Source: Magallana gigas (Eukaryota). From it: a stretch of 64,000 nucleotides of DNA. The position numbers and the translations under genes are program-made. Positions 22,907 to 36,600 of this stretch are shown here, in pieces. The stretch spans positions 39,866,001-39,930,000 of the forward strand of contig NC_088854.1 in NCBI RefSeq assembly GCF_963853765.1. Reading direction: 5' to 3'. Position 1 is the first letter of the stretch, and every line of letters begins with the position of its first letter. The notes under the pieces are model-generated. The model was given only the letters and a program-made list of their open reading frames with translations, made no database searches and was not told the DNA's origin.

Positions 22907-23710
22907 CTACGGAAAAATAGTCAATTTTGTGGTTTTTTATGGAAATTATGCGAAAAGACACATTTTTATCATGCTGTTCCTGCTGCTCCTCCTTCTGATG
23001 CTCCTCATCCTTCTGCTCCTCTTTCTGATGCTGCTAGTGCTCCTCATCCTGCTGCTCCTCCTCCTCCATTTTACTTTGAAGATAATTCTGTTTTTTCTGA
23101 ATTTTGGAGAACAGACGGAAAAAGTTGCATCAGAGAAATGTGTAGTCGTACAAGTGGCAGGGCCATATATGTCTTCATAGAAAAGAAATATTCAGATTAG
23201 AATTACAAACTTACAAAAATTAAACTCTACTTTCTTTATATTAAGGCCTTTTGATATGAAAAATAAGGCAAAGGTGTTTGAGAAGGGACGTATATATAAA
23301 GGGGGGGGGGGGGTTGGGCTTAGGCTATGTGTTCTTTAGTTCAGATCAACAGACACACCGATTCCAATCAATGCTTGTGTTTTATTTTTTGGGGGAAAAA
23401 AACATCTTTAAAATTTCATTTATTGATTTTTTACTGCAGCACTCAAATATTTGATTTGCTGGGCGATAATGTTTGAAGATTAGAAGATTGTATTTTAAGT
23501 AAAACGTAATCTCAGGCGTGAGGTGTACCAGCCAAAAAACTCGGAAAAAGTAAGCTTTATTTTTTTTTTATTTACTCGTTAAATGCGGAAATTCATCGAT
23601 TCCAAGTCGGATAATACACCGCTTCTGAAGAAGTCACTGGAACGTTTTGCATAAGACGATGATCAAATTGCGAAGTAAGATCATATTTCACTTGACTGAA
23701 GCCGTTGGAG

Positions 23711-26700
23711 ATGGGAAGCTGGCTGACGTGTCTGGTGATTTCTTATTGTTTTTTAACTTTATATCGAAATGAGGGTAATTTTGTGCAGGGTGAAGATTTA
23801 GCCATAAAAAATGCCTCCGAAAATAATTACAAATATGCAGAACCGACGGTAATGATAGCGATTTTGGTCCGAAATAAGGCTCACATTCTGCCATGGTTCT
23901 TCGGACACTTGGAAAAACTAAATTATCCCAAGAATAGAATATCATTTTGGTGAGTTTTACTTATCTTCTTCTTCTCAAAAAAAGTGTTTTTATGCATTTT
24001 TATTGATTATTTACAAATGATATGAACAGCCCTTGAAAAGTGTGTTGGTGATATTTCATATCTTGATCTGTTGCTCAGGATTAGAAGTGACCACAATGAG
24101 GATGACTCTGCCCGGATGCTCAGTGAGTGGGTGGATGCCAATAAAAATGTTTACCACAACATAGACTTGGTGATTGAGGACAACAAAGACAGTAAGTGAT
24201 GCTGTTTTCACTTTAGCTTATACAGTAATAGATGCATCATGCAGCAAGTTTGAAGTTTGTCAAAATGAGTTTCTATTTTGCCCAGTTGACTACAGAAGTG
24301 ATATGGAGTAACAAAAATATTAATGGATGGTGTGTAATTGCAAACTGTTTCTTAGATAGACATTAAAAATTGCCTGGTTTATCACATGACAAACCTGTAT
24401 TTATATCCCGATATACATCCAAAGATGATACCTTATTTCTTAATAATATGGCTGTAGTCCAAATGCATCCTTGTTCAAGAAATGATATGAAACTCATGTA
24501 CTCCTACAGATCTGACAATTTACTATATTTCCCAGCTCTTAATTTATGAACAGCTAATGACTGTCATTATCTATTGAAAAATTCTAGAAACTTCTATTTT
24601 AATATTTTGAAATATATATTTGTATTTGTATGAGATAGCTTTAATGGAATAGATTAGATTCACTTAATTATTCTAAAATGCATTAATTTTCATATTTTAA
24701 AATCATTTCTTTTGATAGAAAAAATTATCACTGCATCTTTGAACATGATTTTTGTGTATTTACATGCAGAATATGAAGATGAAATTGGTCCTTTACACTG
24801 GTCTACTAAGAGATTTGACAAAGTTATTGCCCTTAGAGAGAATGCTTTGCTAGCTGCTAGACGTGCCTGGGCGGATTACTTATTTGTAAGGAAAACAGAA
24901 TTTATGTACTTATGTAATTTCAAATCAAATTGCTAGCTTTGCATAATATTACAGTATAATGTCATGTGTAAATGATTAAGTTTGGCATTTATTTAGCAGT
25001 ACATAGTTCATGTAATTGATAATAATTAAAATTACCTTTGGTCCATTGTTTTTTGTTATATTTTGTTGTTTTAGATGCTTGATGCTGATGTTGTTCTGGA
25101 AAATAGAAATACACTTACACAACTGATTGATGCCAAACAGTAAGTACCGGTAATGGAAACTATCTTGTAAAACCATTTCTTAAAATTTACACAGTTATAA
25201 GGGTTAACTAGAAAACTTGGTAGAATTTGGAAAAGTATGATTTTAGAAGTCAGCACTGTTTCTTTTAAATTATTGATTAAAATGTATTTTGATACATAAT
25301 ACATTCAACTGCCTTTTTTCTTCATTACATGCATGTACATAAGTGACTGAACTATCCTCATAAGTACTGTTAATGAATGATAATTGTTTAATATTTTTCA
25401 GACCCATCATAGCCCCCATGCTAAATGCAAGCATAGGAGAAACATATTCAAATTTTTGGGGAGGAATGGATGAAATGGTAAATATTCCTGTAGATTATGG
25501 ATAGGAGGTACTATCTGCTTGAAATTTAACCGCAATGTATATTGCCTTGTTTCATCAATAAAAAATGCTCTACATTTTGACCAAGCAGAAGAAGTCCATA
25601 ATGCCAAGATTATAGTCAAGCAGTCATCCGAATAGAACATAAAAATTGTTAATATGCAGCAGTTTTTTTGATGGCCAAATTGTGAAAAAAGGCATATCAA
25701 AATCAAAAAGAGGAATACTAGTAGCTGTATGTTTAATTAATATTTACTGCTAATGGTATCTTCATTTTGTTTTATGGTAATTTAACACACTTGTGTCTTA
25801 TGTTGCAGGGATACTATAAGAGAGTCCCTGGATATTTTGACATTTTGGAGAGAAAGCGGTTGGGTGTTTTTGAGGTTCCAATGGTTCACACTGCACTCCT
25901 TTTAGATATGCATCTGATGGAGTCCGATTCCTTCACCTACAACAAACCTGAGGGCTATGATGGCCCTCATGATGACATCATTATTTTTGGTCTCAATGTC
26001 AGAAAAGCAGGTTAGAAATTGGTGGATGATAATGCATTGTCATAAACTCCTTTGGATATACAAATGACAAATCGTACAGCATATTAAAAAAATAATGAAG
26101 CACTATTGTATGGTTCCAAGAAATAAGTATTCTCTCATATATTGAAATTATTACATTTTTTTAATGTTTTTTTTTTATGTGAATTCATCTGAGTTTATTT
26201 TCTCTCACCTGTATAAATTCCTTTTGAGCGTTCAATATATATAGCCAACATGCAAATACCACCATCATTATATAGTCTTTAGTTGAACGTAACATTTGTT
26301 GAATATCAGTATTGCATAAAATATTTTCTTAAAAAACAACTGAAATAATTGTAGGAAATAATTTTAGGATTGCTTATTTGCAGGAATGGTTATGCACATT
26401 ATGAATACGGAGTATTTTGGAATTGTGATGGTTCCTCTAGAGAGTCACAATACGTTGGAACAAGAAAGCCAACATTTTGATTTTATTCTATTGGAGGCCA
26501 TAGGTAAAACTTTTCTTTCTTTTGTTTTCTAGCTATTTCTCGAAATGTGATTTTGATAAGTTTAAGAGCTTGTTAAGAATGTTTTGTTATTGTTAAATAA
26601 TAAAACAGCTATACATACTATCAACTTTGTTAAATTCGGGTCATGTTTTTGGCAAAATAATAACATGTTTTATGTTACTCTGAAGTCATTTCTCTGTCTT

Positions 26701-29700
26701 CTTTCTGTTTGTCTTTGTTTTCTTACTTTTCCGAAACTTGTTCAGCAATATTAGGAATGAGATTTCTTAAGATAACAACATAATCATGCATGTGAAAAGC
26801 AAAACAACCATTTCAAAATTGATTTTTTTGGAGTTCTGTTGGAGCTGTCAAACATAAGCTTACTGTTTTACATCAAGTACAAGCTAGCATATATTCCCAT
26901 GAATTTTTGTACAACATATATAAGGTCAATTAACTTTCTTAACTTACAGTGTCCCATTACAATCTGTTTAAGTATTTGGCAAATATAAAGTAAGGAGGTT
27001 CATTCGAAGATGACTATTGTCTATTATATTCTTCTGTTATGCTATGTTTTATATATTGATAAACCATGGTTTCATGAAACTGTTTAAAAAAAAAAAAAAG
27101 TATGGTTCAGATGTGAAAATTAAACCAAGTTCTCTTGCTGGGAAAGGAACATTTAGTTTTCAGTTTGGAACAGAAATGTGTCAGCAAATATGATTTTATT
27201 TACTGTAGATGCAAACTTTATTGATGAGATGAAAATAGGCAGACAATTCCCAGGTTTGATGAAATTTTATAATAAAATTTGCTTTATTAATATTGACTTG
27301 TTCCAAATGTGGTGTTCGAAAGCATGGATTTGTAAATTTCAGATCTCTTTCAATTTGGCAGTATGTCTTAAAAAAAGACTTTATGGATTATTTGTTATTT
27401 TCTTAAATACTCTGTAATCTGATCCTAAAGGACTTTGCAAAATTCATTAAAATGAATTCTTGGCAAAATAATTTTATATTTTGATCAACGTTTATCCAAA
27501 GCCAGAACCTTATTTTTTTTTTTGCAATTTGAAGTAAGTTTAAACTATTACTTCAAACTTATAAGCTTAAAAAATTATACAAACACTGTGCTTACATAAT
27601 TCGACAAGGAATATATAGTTGTACAAACAAAATCTGTACAAGAATTTTTTTTTCGATGTACATGTACCATCATTTTACTTGTTGGATGAATTACCGGTAA
27701 GCTATATATTTCCAAAGTCTCGATGATTTGATTATTAGTATTAATTTTTTTGAAAATAAGCAAAAAATATTTACAATGTATTGAGACCATGTGCTTAGAA
27801 AATTTGAGGAACAAAAAATTTGAGGAACAAATTGCAGGCATGATGTTCATGTTGCTTTTATATTCTGATTGTAGGGTTAATGAATTAGAATGGCAAGCAC
27901 ACTGCTATGTTCATGTATTGTCTCATGTTTTATAGCAATTTAGTTGTAGACAAACACTGTATATCAACAAACAATTTATTATTACCCTGCTATATATTTT
28001 TATATCTATATATATCTATACATTTGAACAGTACTGGTTATATGATGAAAATATATGAACATTTTTTTACACAAAAATGTTGAAAGGGGGGTAGCTGGTA
28101 ATATAACTTCCAACAAATTTATTGTACGGTATATAATTACATGCACTAGCTAGTATAGCAACATATGTTAAGATATTAATTAAAGCATTGAAATAAACCA
28201 GTGATGTTATTATTATCTATTATTATTTTTCCTTTATATTTGTTGTAATTAATTTAAATTTGAAGAGCTGTAACAAATTAAGGGTCGATCGATCAAGTAA
28301 TGGCAAAATATCATACAATACCACAAAGGGATAGGTTATGGAAGAATTCATTTCACATGTAACACTGAAGTCCAGCAAGATTAATAATTTCAAATATTTC
28401 TGTAAAAATATTGAATGTCTTATTAATGATTTTCAATATTTCTATATTCTATATTTCATAGTTAACTGGTTCTTCTAATTTTTTTTGACAGTGGATAGAA
28501 AAGAACTTTCCAGTTCCCCATTTATTACAACGACAGACCCAACACCATCCAAGCTAGGCTTCGACCAGGTACAGTTTATATCATTAAATGTTACATATGC
28601 AGCAGCATGCCAAAAAATTATTTCAAATTCATTTGAATTTTATAAGGTTTTTATTGAGTTGGACAATTTATATGGCCGCTGTATGTATTTCAATGTCCGC
28701 ATGATATCTGTAAGGTACCAATTTTTGTCCTTCAGTATGCCCAACTTCACACAAGAGCTATTTTGGCTCACTCTTGTCAATTTCTTTTTCGTAAAATGGG
28801 GTTCACATCATTGAAGAAATAAACTTACTATTTGATATCTTCTTCTCTGATAAGGAAGTATGTGTCTATGTGACCGCATTTACTAAAGAAATCATCAACA
28901 AATGCTGAAATTACATGTAGAAACCAAGATGGAGTCAAGTTGAATAAAACAAGAAGAAAGCTTATACAAAACCAAACCACAAGACAGTAAAAATTTATAT
29001 TATTTTGAATATTTTTTCAGATTTACATGATAAATTTGTTAAGACGACCCTTGAGACGCGAAAGGATGTATAAAGCATTTAGAATTCTTGGTATTGAAGC
29101 CAAAACAGTAAATGCTGTTGATGGAAAGTAAGTCATTACATGTATATTTAATAGATAACAAAAAATCTTCCATGTTCTGTGAATAGGTTTTATTTACTTC
29201 AGTGTTTATCAACAACTAGCTATCAAATGTTCTTGTCTGAAAAGTATTTTAATTCTTTTCAGGGAACTCAATACTACATACCTAAATGAACTCGGAGTAG
29301 AAATGATGAAAGGTTATGCAGATCCTTATCATGGAAGGCAAGTTTGTATTGCAAGATTTTATGCCACGTACAATACAATGCACCTATTACAATGTATATA
29401 GTAAATATCTGTATATCATAATGTATCTCGATATATACATACCATGTTGTAATTCTCAATTTCATGTAATACATATACGCTTTAATTTTGGATGTGTATT
29501 GAAATGCACAGTATATCTAACTGACTAGTCTTGCATAGCTTGTAAATGTAAATACATGTAATAAATTTTTGAATTTTTTCAGAGAGACTTTTTGCTTATT
29601 TGCAAATCTAAGGATGCCATGCTGATTTTTAAACAATTTTATTGATCGTAACCACATGTAGGTGTAGCTTAAAAGGACTGGACATTGAGTTGAAGCTCTT

Positions 29701-32550
29701 TATGTAATCAAGAATTTGTTACTTTTCTTGCATACCTGGTATGCTATTGAAAAGGGCATTTATGTTTTAACAACCCATGGTCATCCTTATAGCCTTTATG
29801 GGAAGTGGATATTCTTATTTATAATCTTTTTTTTCGCTCATGCTTTTTTATTCCTTCACATGAGCGGATCATTTTTTCTGGTTTTTGGTGTGTGGCTTAT
29901 AATTGACATACATATACTGGTACTTAGCTATTATATGTACTTTGAATTGGGTTTATATTATTCATACTTCTAGAACATTTTTTTTTTTTGCTTGTAGATT
30001 GTAATTTTTATAAGAAAAATTTTGGTGCTTGTTTTCATTAAATACTAATAAAAATACATTATCCATATATAACATGAAGAAATACATGTAAGTTAGATTA
30101 ACATGAATCATTTAAATCTTAGTTCCTGTAACTATGGGACATTTTTTATGATCAAAAATTCTTAAAATTTTGTTCAACTATACCTATGAGACATAAAAAT
30201 AAAAAAATTCTGCAAATTACACATTTGAAGTCAGTTGCAATACGACAATATCATGTCTACATTTATATATTCCCAACTCGAAAAAATGCAAACACTTCAA
30301 TTAGTTCCACCTATAAATTACCATGTGATTCTAATTTTATAATTATATATACTGCATACAGGGAAATATTTGCCTGCTTTTTATTTTCGCCCTAGTTGTC
30401 AGTGAGCAGATTTAAAACTGGGCAAATTCCATTGTCTCAAATCATCTCTCATTAGCCAAAACTATGTCTGGGCGAATTCAACAAGATGGGGGGAAATTGT
30501 TTGCAAGTGAAGAAAGGCGAAAATAGCATAGGGCGAAAATAACTCTGTATACAGTGCACCTTTGAAATTCTTGCTGCATTGTACAGCCTATCTTGTTAAT
30601 TAAGATATCCACTGTTCATTTGCAGACCTCTGACTATGGGGGAAATTGGATGTTTCCTTAGTCACTATTTTATTTGGGAAGATGTAAGTAAAATGCACCT
30701 ATTTTTAAAACATTACAGACACGTTTAATCTATACAAACATTGGCATTGTTTTTTGGTTCTACTTCGATGTAACCATTAAGTGATTATTTTATAAATTAT
30801 AAATTTTTGATCTTCTTTCCAGGTTGTGAAGAATGGTTACAAAAAGGCTATTGTGTTTGAAGATGATGTCCGATTTAGTCCTTATTTCAAAACAAAATTG
30901 ACAAGATTGATGTCCGAAGTAGAACAAAATGTTAAAGATTGGGATCTTATGTAAGACCATTGTAAAATTAATAGATCATTGGTTAAATTGAAAATCTATA
31001 ACTTTTCTTTTATGATATATTGATTCAGAAGTAAAATATCTTGATTTTTATTGAAATTTTGGAATAAGACATAAATGTACTGTAAATTCCTAATTAAACA
31101 CGAGGAAGTAATATCCGCATAAAGTCACGAATTTTAAAATATCACTTTTGTTTTTCAGACAGTCGTAAAGTATGTAGATTTATATAAAAATTCGGCATTT
31201 GCAATTTCATATTTTTCGTGTTTAGATGCGAAACGGCTTTATCATGGAATCAGGTACTTCTGTAAAATAAGGAATCTACAGTACATTGTACTACATGTAC
31301 TTCTAATATATGTTGTAATTGAAAGTGTTTTATTTTCTTTTTTACAGATATCTAGGGAGAAAACGCTTGCACAGGAATGAGGAGAAAGTAGTGGATGGAA
31401 CCTCTCACTTAGTGTGGCCCAGTTATTCCTACTGGACCCTGTCCTACATAGTATCCCAACAGGGGGCCCAGAAACTGCTCAATCAAAAGCCTCTCGGCAA
31501 AATGGTGCCAGTGGACGAGTACCTTCCCATCATGTTTAATAGACATCCTCAGTAAGGAACTCTAACATGAAAGCAAAATTTTGTAGACTCACCTTTATAT
31601 GTTGGGAACAGGGGCAAATATTTGTGGGGAAAAGTTCATGGCAATTTGAATCTCTTGGAATAATTTACATGTATACTGTAATCAATTTGAAAGTACGAGA
31701 TAAAAATTAGGGAAAGATATTATTTTGGAATAATACATTAAAAGTACTGGGATATAAAATATTATGCCATTTTTTGTTGGGATGTAAATTTGAGGATAAA
31801 GGGTGCATCTCTTAACATCCATAAATATTGACTTTCTTAAATAACACAAGCTTTAAATTCCTATGCGTTACCAAATTTAAGGAGAAATGACACCAAAAAG
31901 TTCTCTTTGAATTGTGATTTTACCATTGAAAGAGGAATATTAACTTTATAGGATAATTATTTGACATGAATCTCTTAGCATATTTTCTTTATATAGAATT
32001 TTGGTGCAACATAAAGTATCCATTTTAAAAATCTTCCTAAAAAATACTTGATCTATTAAATTTTAAGCATTGGCCAGCTCATGAAAAAATAATCTAGTGA
32101 TAAGTTCCTGGTTTCATGCATTGTAAGTGTGGTAGAGTCAGGTATATGGCACTCCTACTTGCTCTGGCTGGTAGGTTAACCGTTAACTCAATCGATAAAA
32201 GTAAAGTACTGAAAGTGCATGCAAGAGAACGCAGGTTCACACCCCAACAGAGGCAATATTTGTCTCTGTTACATAAGATTATCGATGTACATGTACATAA
32301 ATATATGTTTGAAAATATAATCTGACAATCTTTGATGATGCTCAAAACTTATTCATTTATCAATTTCAGAAATGATTGGAAGTCCAATTTTACCCCTCGT
32401 AACTTGATTACAATGTCAGCCGAGCCTTTACTAGTAGAACCAACACATTACACCGGAGAACCCAACTACATATCAGACACAGAAAACTCCTTTGTAGTGA
32501 AACCTGAAGAATCGTTGCAAGAGGGAAAATCATCAAAAGAGGAGTTGTGA
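23711..32550 (+). CDS. COLGALT1: Procollagen galactosyltransferase (COLGALT1/2, GT25 family), ~586 aa, 14 exons
   Basis: Exons 23711-23949, 24079-24191, 24770-24885, 25075-25139, 25402-25477, 25809-26010, 26384-26503, 28492-28568, 29021-29127, 29263-29337, 30626-30683, 30823-30950, 31348-31551, 32370-32550 (1761 nt). Features: signal peptide, ILVRNKAHILP, DAD and EDD motifs, RPLTMGEIGCFLSH, YWTLSY, and C-terminal KEEL ER-retention signal. Confidence 0.93.
29338..30625 (+). other. GC-AG intron of COLGALT
   Basis: AAG|GCAAGT donor; splicing gives the conserved DPYHG-R-PLTMGE. Confidence 0.9.
30351..30555. mobile_element. MITE (ACTGYATACAG termini)
   Basis: ACTGCATACAGGG ... CTCTGTATACAGT with internal TTTTCGCCC / GGGCGAAAA inverted motifs. 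Confidence 0.65.
31080..31281. mobile_element. TA-flanked MITE, same family as 19276-19491
   Basis: TA|CTGTAAATTCCTAATTAAACACGAGG ... AGGAATCTACAG|TA. Confidence 0.65.
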
Positions 32551-33647
32551 TCATCATTGATTTCTATATAACATCCGAGATTATTTGAGATTGTGTTAAG
32601 TACATGTACATGCAGAGTGAATGTTGTATTTTTTTTCATATATATATATATGCTGTCTAGTCATTGGTGTTTTGTTTTGAAGTCTATTGTTGGGTGTAAT
32701 TGTATGCTTGATTATAAGTAAACTGAAGTATTTGTATTGGTACCGGTATACCTTTTAATGTATTATCCATACATGTATTTGTGTTTTTTAACACATGCTA
32801 GGATTATACTTTAATCAAATGATAGAATTTGCATAATATGATTATCTCAGTCTCAGTTGGAATAATTAGAGTGGCTGTTTCATTTTCACCATGTACACTT
32901 AAGTTTCTTTCCATTATTTTTCAGTTCTTTGTAGATAGAATAAATGCATAAATACTACGCACTGTAAGCTCATTTCATTATAAATGTACTAAAATATGTA
33001 AGCAAATAATTCATATCTTTGTAACAAAATGTCCTGTTAGGTACAATGTATGAACTTTTTCATTGATGTAGAAAATATCACACCATGTATACAATAATCA
33101 TTTTAATGTTAACTCAATCAACCTAATAATTACCAGTTGGGATTTCATGGAAAACTACTTACAGCTTAATTTTTTGGATAGTTTTTCTGCCATATTTAAC
33201 ATGTTTACATATATACTGCCAACTTTTACATTGCTGGAAATCCGAATTATATGTGGTTCTTGTTGTTTTATGTAGGTCAAGATTTTGTTTCGTGTGAAAA
33301 TGTGTATTTGAAATTGCAATGCAATGTTATATATATACTAATATGGTGCTATGTGGAATATATCATGTATATACGCTGGGCTTTCACCATCAAGTTTCTA
33401 TGAACTTGTCTGAATTTTTTCTCAATCATGACATGTCTTCATTAATTTTTTCAAAAAATATTTTTATTAAACTTCAACAAATTATATACAGTACAGTTGC
33501 ATTTGCTAACAATTTTATCAAATAAAATTTTAAAGTATTCAACTCAGTTTGTATTTCTTCAACAAATTTGTGCGTGAATTAAATGCCACCATTGGTGGTC
33601 CATCACGTTCATTATGAAACGGACTATTTCATTGGCTCCTATCGACT

Positions 33648-36600
33648 TTAGTCTTCCAGGTCAAGGTTATAGCGAGGGTAGAGGTCTTTGGTCCTGACAC
33701 CCTCAAGTACAGCTGAAATAGTACAGAAAAATAAGATAAATGATTATATAACACTGGGAAATGTAATAACTAAATTGGACAAATTAACCAGCTGCTGATA
33801 TTGAATTTTAGAAACAATAAGATATCTAAATCTTTATCTGGTATTTTCATCATTTATGATGCATTGACACTTGTACAGGAAAAACGAGTCGACTAATGTG
33901 CAATAACAATGCATAATCTTTAAAGGCCTGGGTCGACCTAGATTTTCTGCCACCTGGTAGACAATTAAGCCTATAAGGGCAAAAAGGCTGGGCTACCTCC
34001 ATCACTGTCGGTGATGCTGATAAGAGTAAGCATTGCATGTGGCTCAGGCCGCTTTGTTTATATACTGGGGAAAACCCAATCTATTAAGAGGGGCTGTTTA
34101 AATTTTCATATAGAGGGATTTTGATCAATTTTTAATTTCATTTATGTTGTTTTGTAACATATATGTGTGGAGATGATAAAATTTCAATACTGATATATGG
34201 CATCCCTGAAACAATAGTGGTTTCAAGCATGAAACTTGATCCAAGTAACATTTAGCAGTTCCCCGCTTACAAAGAATAATCAGAGGTTCTCTAGGGATAT
34301 TTTTCATTCAACTGATTAAAATCCCAGTAGATTGCCATTACGATGTGAGAAGAAAATATGAACTCTAATTAACAGCTGGTTGTTGAGAACTCAAATACAA
34401 TGTTCATAAAACTTTCATTTGCTTTTACAAGCAAACATATATTCATTTACCCCTTATTTACCCCATATTAATTATCATGTGGTGGAATTGAAATTGGAGG
34501 GAAATGGAAGGACATCACAATAAGCAGAGAGAAATGAATGTTCCAGCTTTGGAAGTAACTAAATGTCGTGGAGAAACATTTTTTAGCTTTTGACACAATA
34601 AGTTGGGATTTTAATGAAGTTCCTGTTGAGAATAACAGTAATGGGTTTATTACAAAGTTCTTAGGACAGTGACCCACATTTTGATGACTTTGTGATAAGT
34701 CAGGTTTGGGAGACTGAAGATTGAAGAATGTCAGCATTGCTTGTGTTGTTTCGTACATCACATACAAAACTATGGTGGCTAGTGGAATGTGCAGAGTAAA
34801 GTAGCTCACACCTTTGGAAGGACAGAAGCTTGATTTAAATTTCGACACAGGAATTTTTGGGAGATATCAAACATAGCCCAGATGTATTAATAATATAGGA
34901 AGTTTTGCATGTGAATTAATCCACATTTTTGACAATTTATCTACCATAGATGGGACATTTTGCATCTTTATTTCGGACTCATGAAGATTCTTATGTGGAA
35001 TTAAAAGCAATGTGATAATTTTAACTTTAGGTTTTTAATAAATTTCAATAATTATCATACCAACAGTGTTATTCATGTGATGGATTAATTTTTAATCAAT
35101 GCTAAGGTAAAAGATTTTTGCCGATACATTTCTCATGCTATGATGAGTAATCTACAGAGCACATGGCTACAGCCACTTCCTGTGTAAACAAAACATTGGT
35201 AATCTCCGCCTCCAATGTCAATCACTAGTTTAGAATTCAAAATTTTGAGCTGCTTCAGAATTTTATAAGATGAATACTCTTTTAATAATTTTTTGTTTGT
35301 AAAAATTTTGACGTCAATTGATAGCTGCCTTGGTAGCTTCTTCCACACCAAAAATTAGAATTTTTTATTCATGAATAATGCTATTAATTTGAAAATATTC
35401 TCTCTGAACTGAAAGCTGCAAAGAAAATTGAATCTCCCATTCATTTTGTGATTGGCTGCTATTTATACCTGGGCCTTTAATTGATAGTATGAACTGTCGC
35501 TACCTTTTTCATAAAGACATAATTATTTTTTTTAGCAGAAATCTATATCTACCTATTCTTCCCAACACCATTTGGGCGCAGTCCTTAAGCTCGTTGTACT
35601 GGTGTAACTTGTCTATGTGGGTTTGTAGCATTTCTACCTTTAAGCCCCTGAAATGAAATTTTAGAATACGATGTACATGATGTAATGTAATGCAGCAGCA
35701 AAGGTCTGTCACTCTTGTATCAAAATAAATCAGTGTGCGGTGACAACAATGGACCTAGATTGAAACATACAACATTTGAAGATACCTGGTATATGAAGGT
35801 CAGTATTATCTTATTTAATTACCTTAACAATGCAATTGAAAGCAATTATAATAGCAAAATGAATGCTTAATTTCGTACACTGGCTATTAAAATAACAAAG
35901 TAGATCGTTGTTCGGGTATGTTAATTGATATGAATTATATGAAACACAATAAGATTTCTGATGAAATAGTGGAGAAAATAATAGTACTGATCCGAGGCAA
36001 AACAATTGTACATGTACATGTAATTATCGTAGTGCAAAAATACACGTTTCAAAAAATATCTGAATTTCATTGTTTAATCCATCTTTAGTAAGGCTAAGCA
36101 TCAAATGAATTTAGATTTTACCTGCTTTCTAGCTCTGCTATTTCAGAATTAAAGGTCTCCAGTTTCTTTTCCAATTCTTGCACATCATCTTGCTCACTGT
36201 TTTTTAAACCATTGCTTGACTTCTGTGAGGTATTTTGGAGCTGTTTAATGACAGAAAATTCAAAATATTGCAACTGTATAATGAAGGCTTGTTCAAACTT
36301 ATCTGGAATTATGTTCAGTGGATTTCTTATTTCACATGAATACATGTACTAAATTCCACCATTTTGTATTAATTGCAAAAATCTTACTTTTATTCAGATT
36401 TATAAAGCTTGCAATTAACTGTTAAAAAATTAAAGTGAGGTTTCAAAATTCACCAGACATGATTCTTGCGAATTTAAACAGATATAAAATCCACATGTTT
36501 GATAAGAAATTTTTGTAATAAAAAAGCACTAGCCAATTATTCACTTTGAAAGCTTTAGACAAAATGTTAAATTTTGAAATTATTTCATGTACATTTATCA

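Noticed and set aside
22814-23200. 128-aa Pro/Ala-rich and 94-aa Leu-rich ORFs
   Set aside because: They begin inside a MITE and run through a simple repeat, with no splice or homology support.
34468-34848. 126-codon minus-strand ORF and coding-like plus-strand stretch in the last SWI5 intron
   Set aside because: Non-ATG start, no usable splice sites in SWI5 phase, and stops on the plus strand; at most a decayed insertion.
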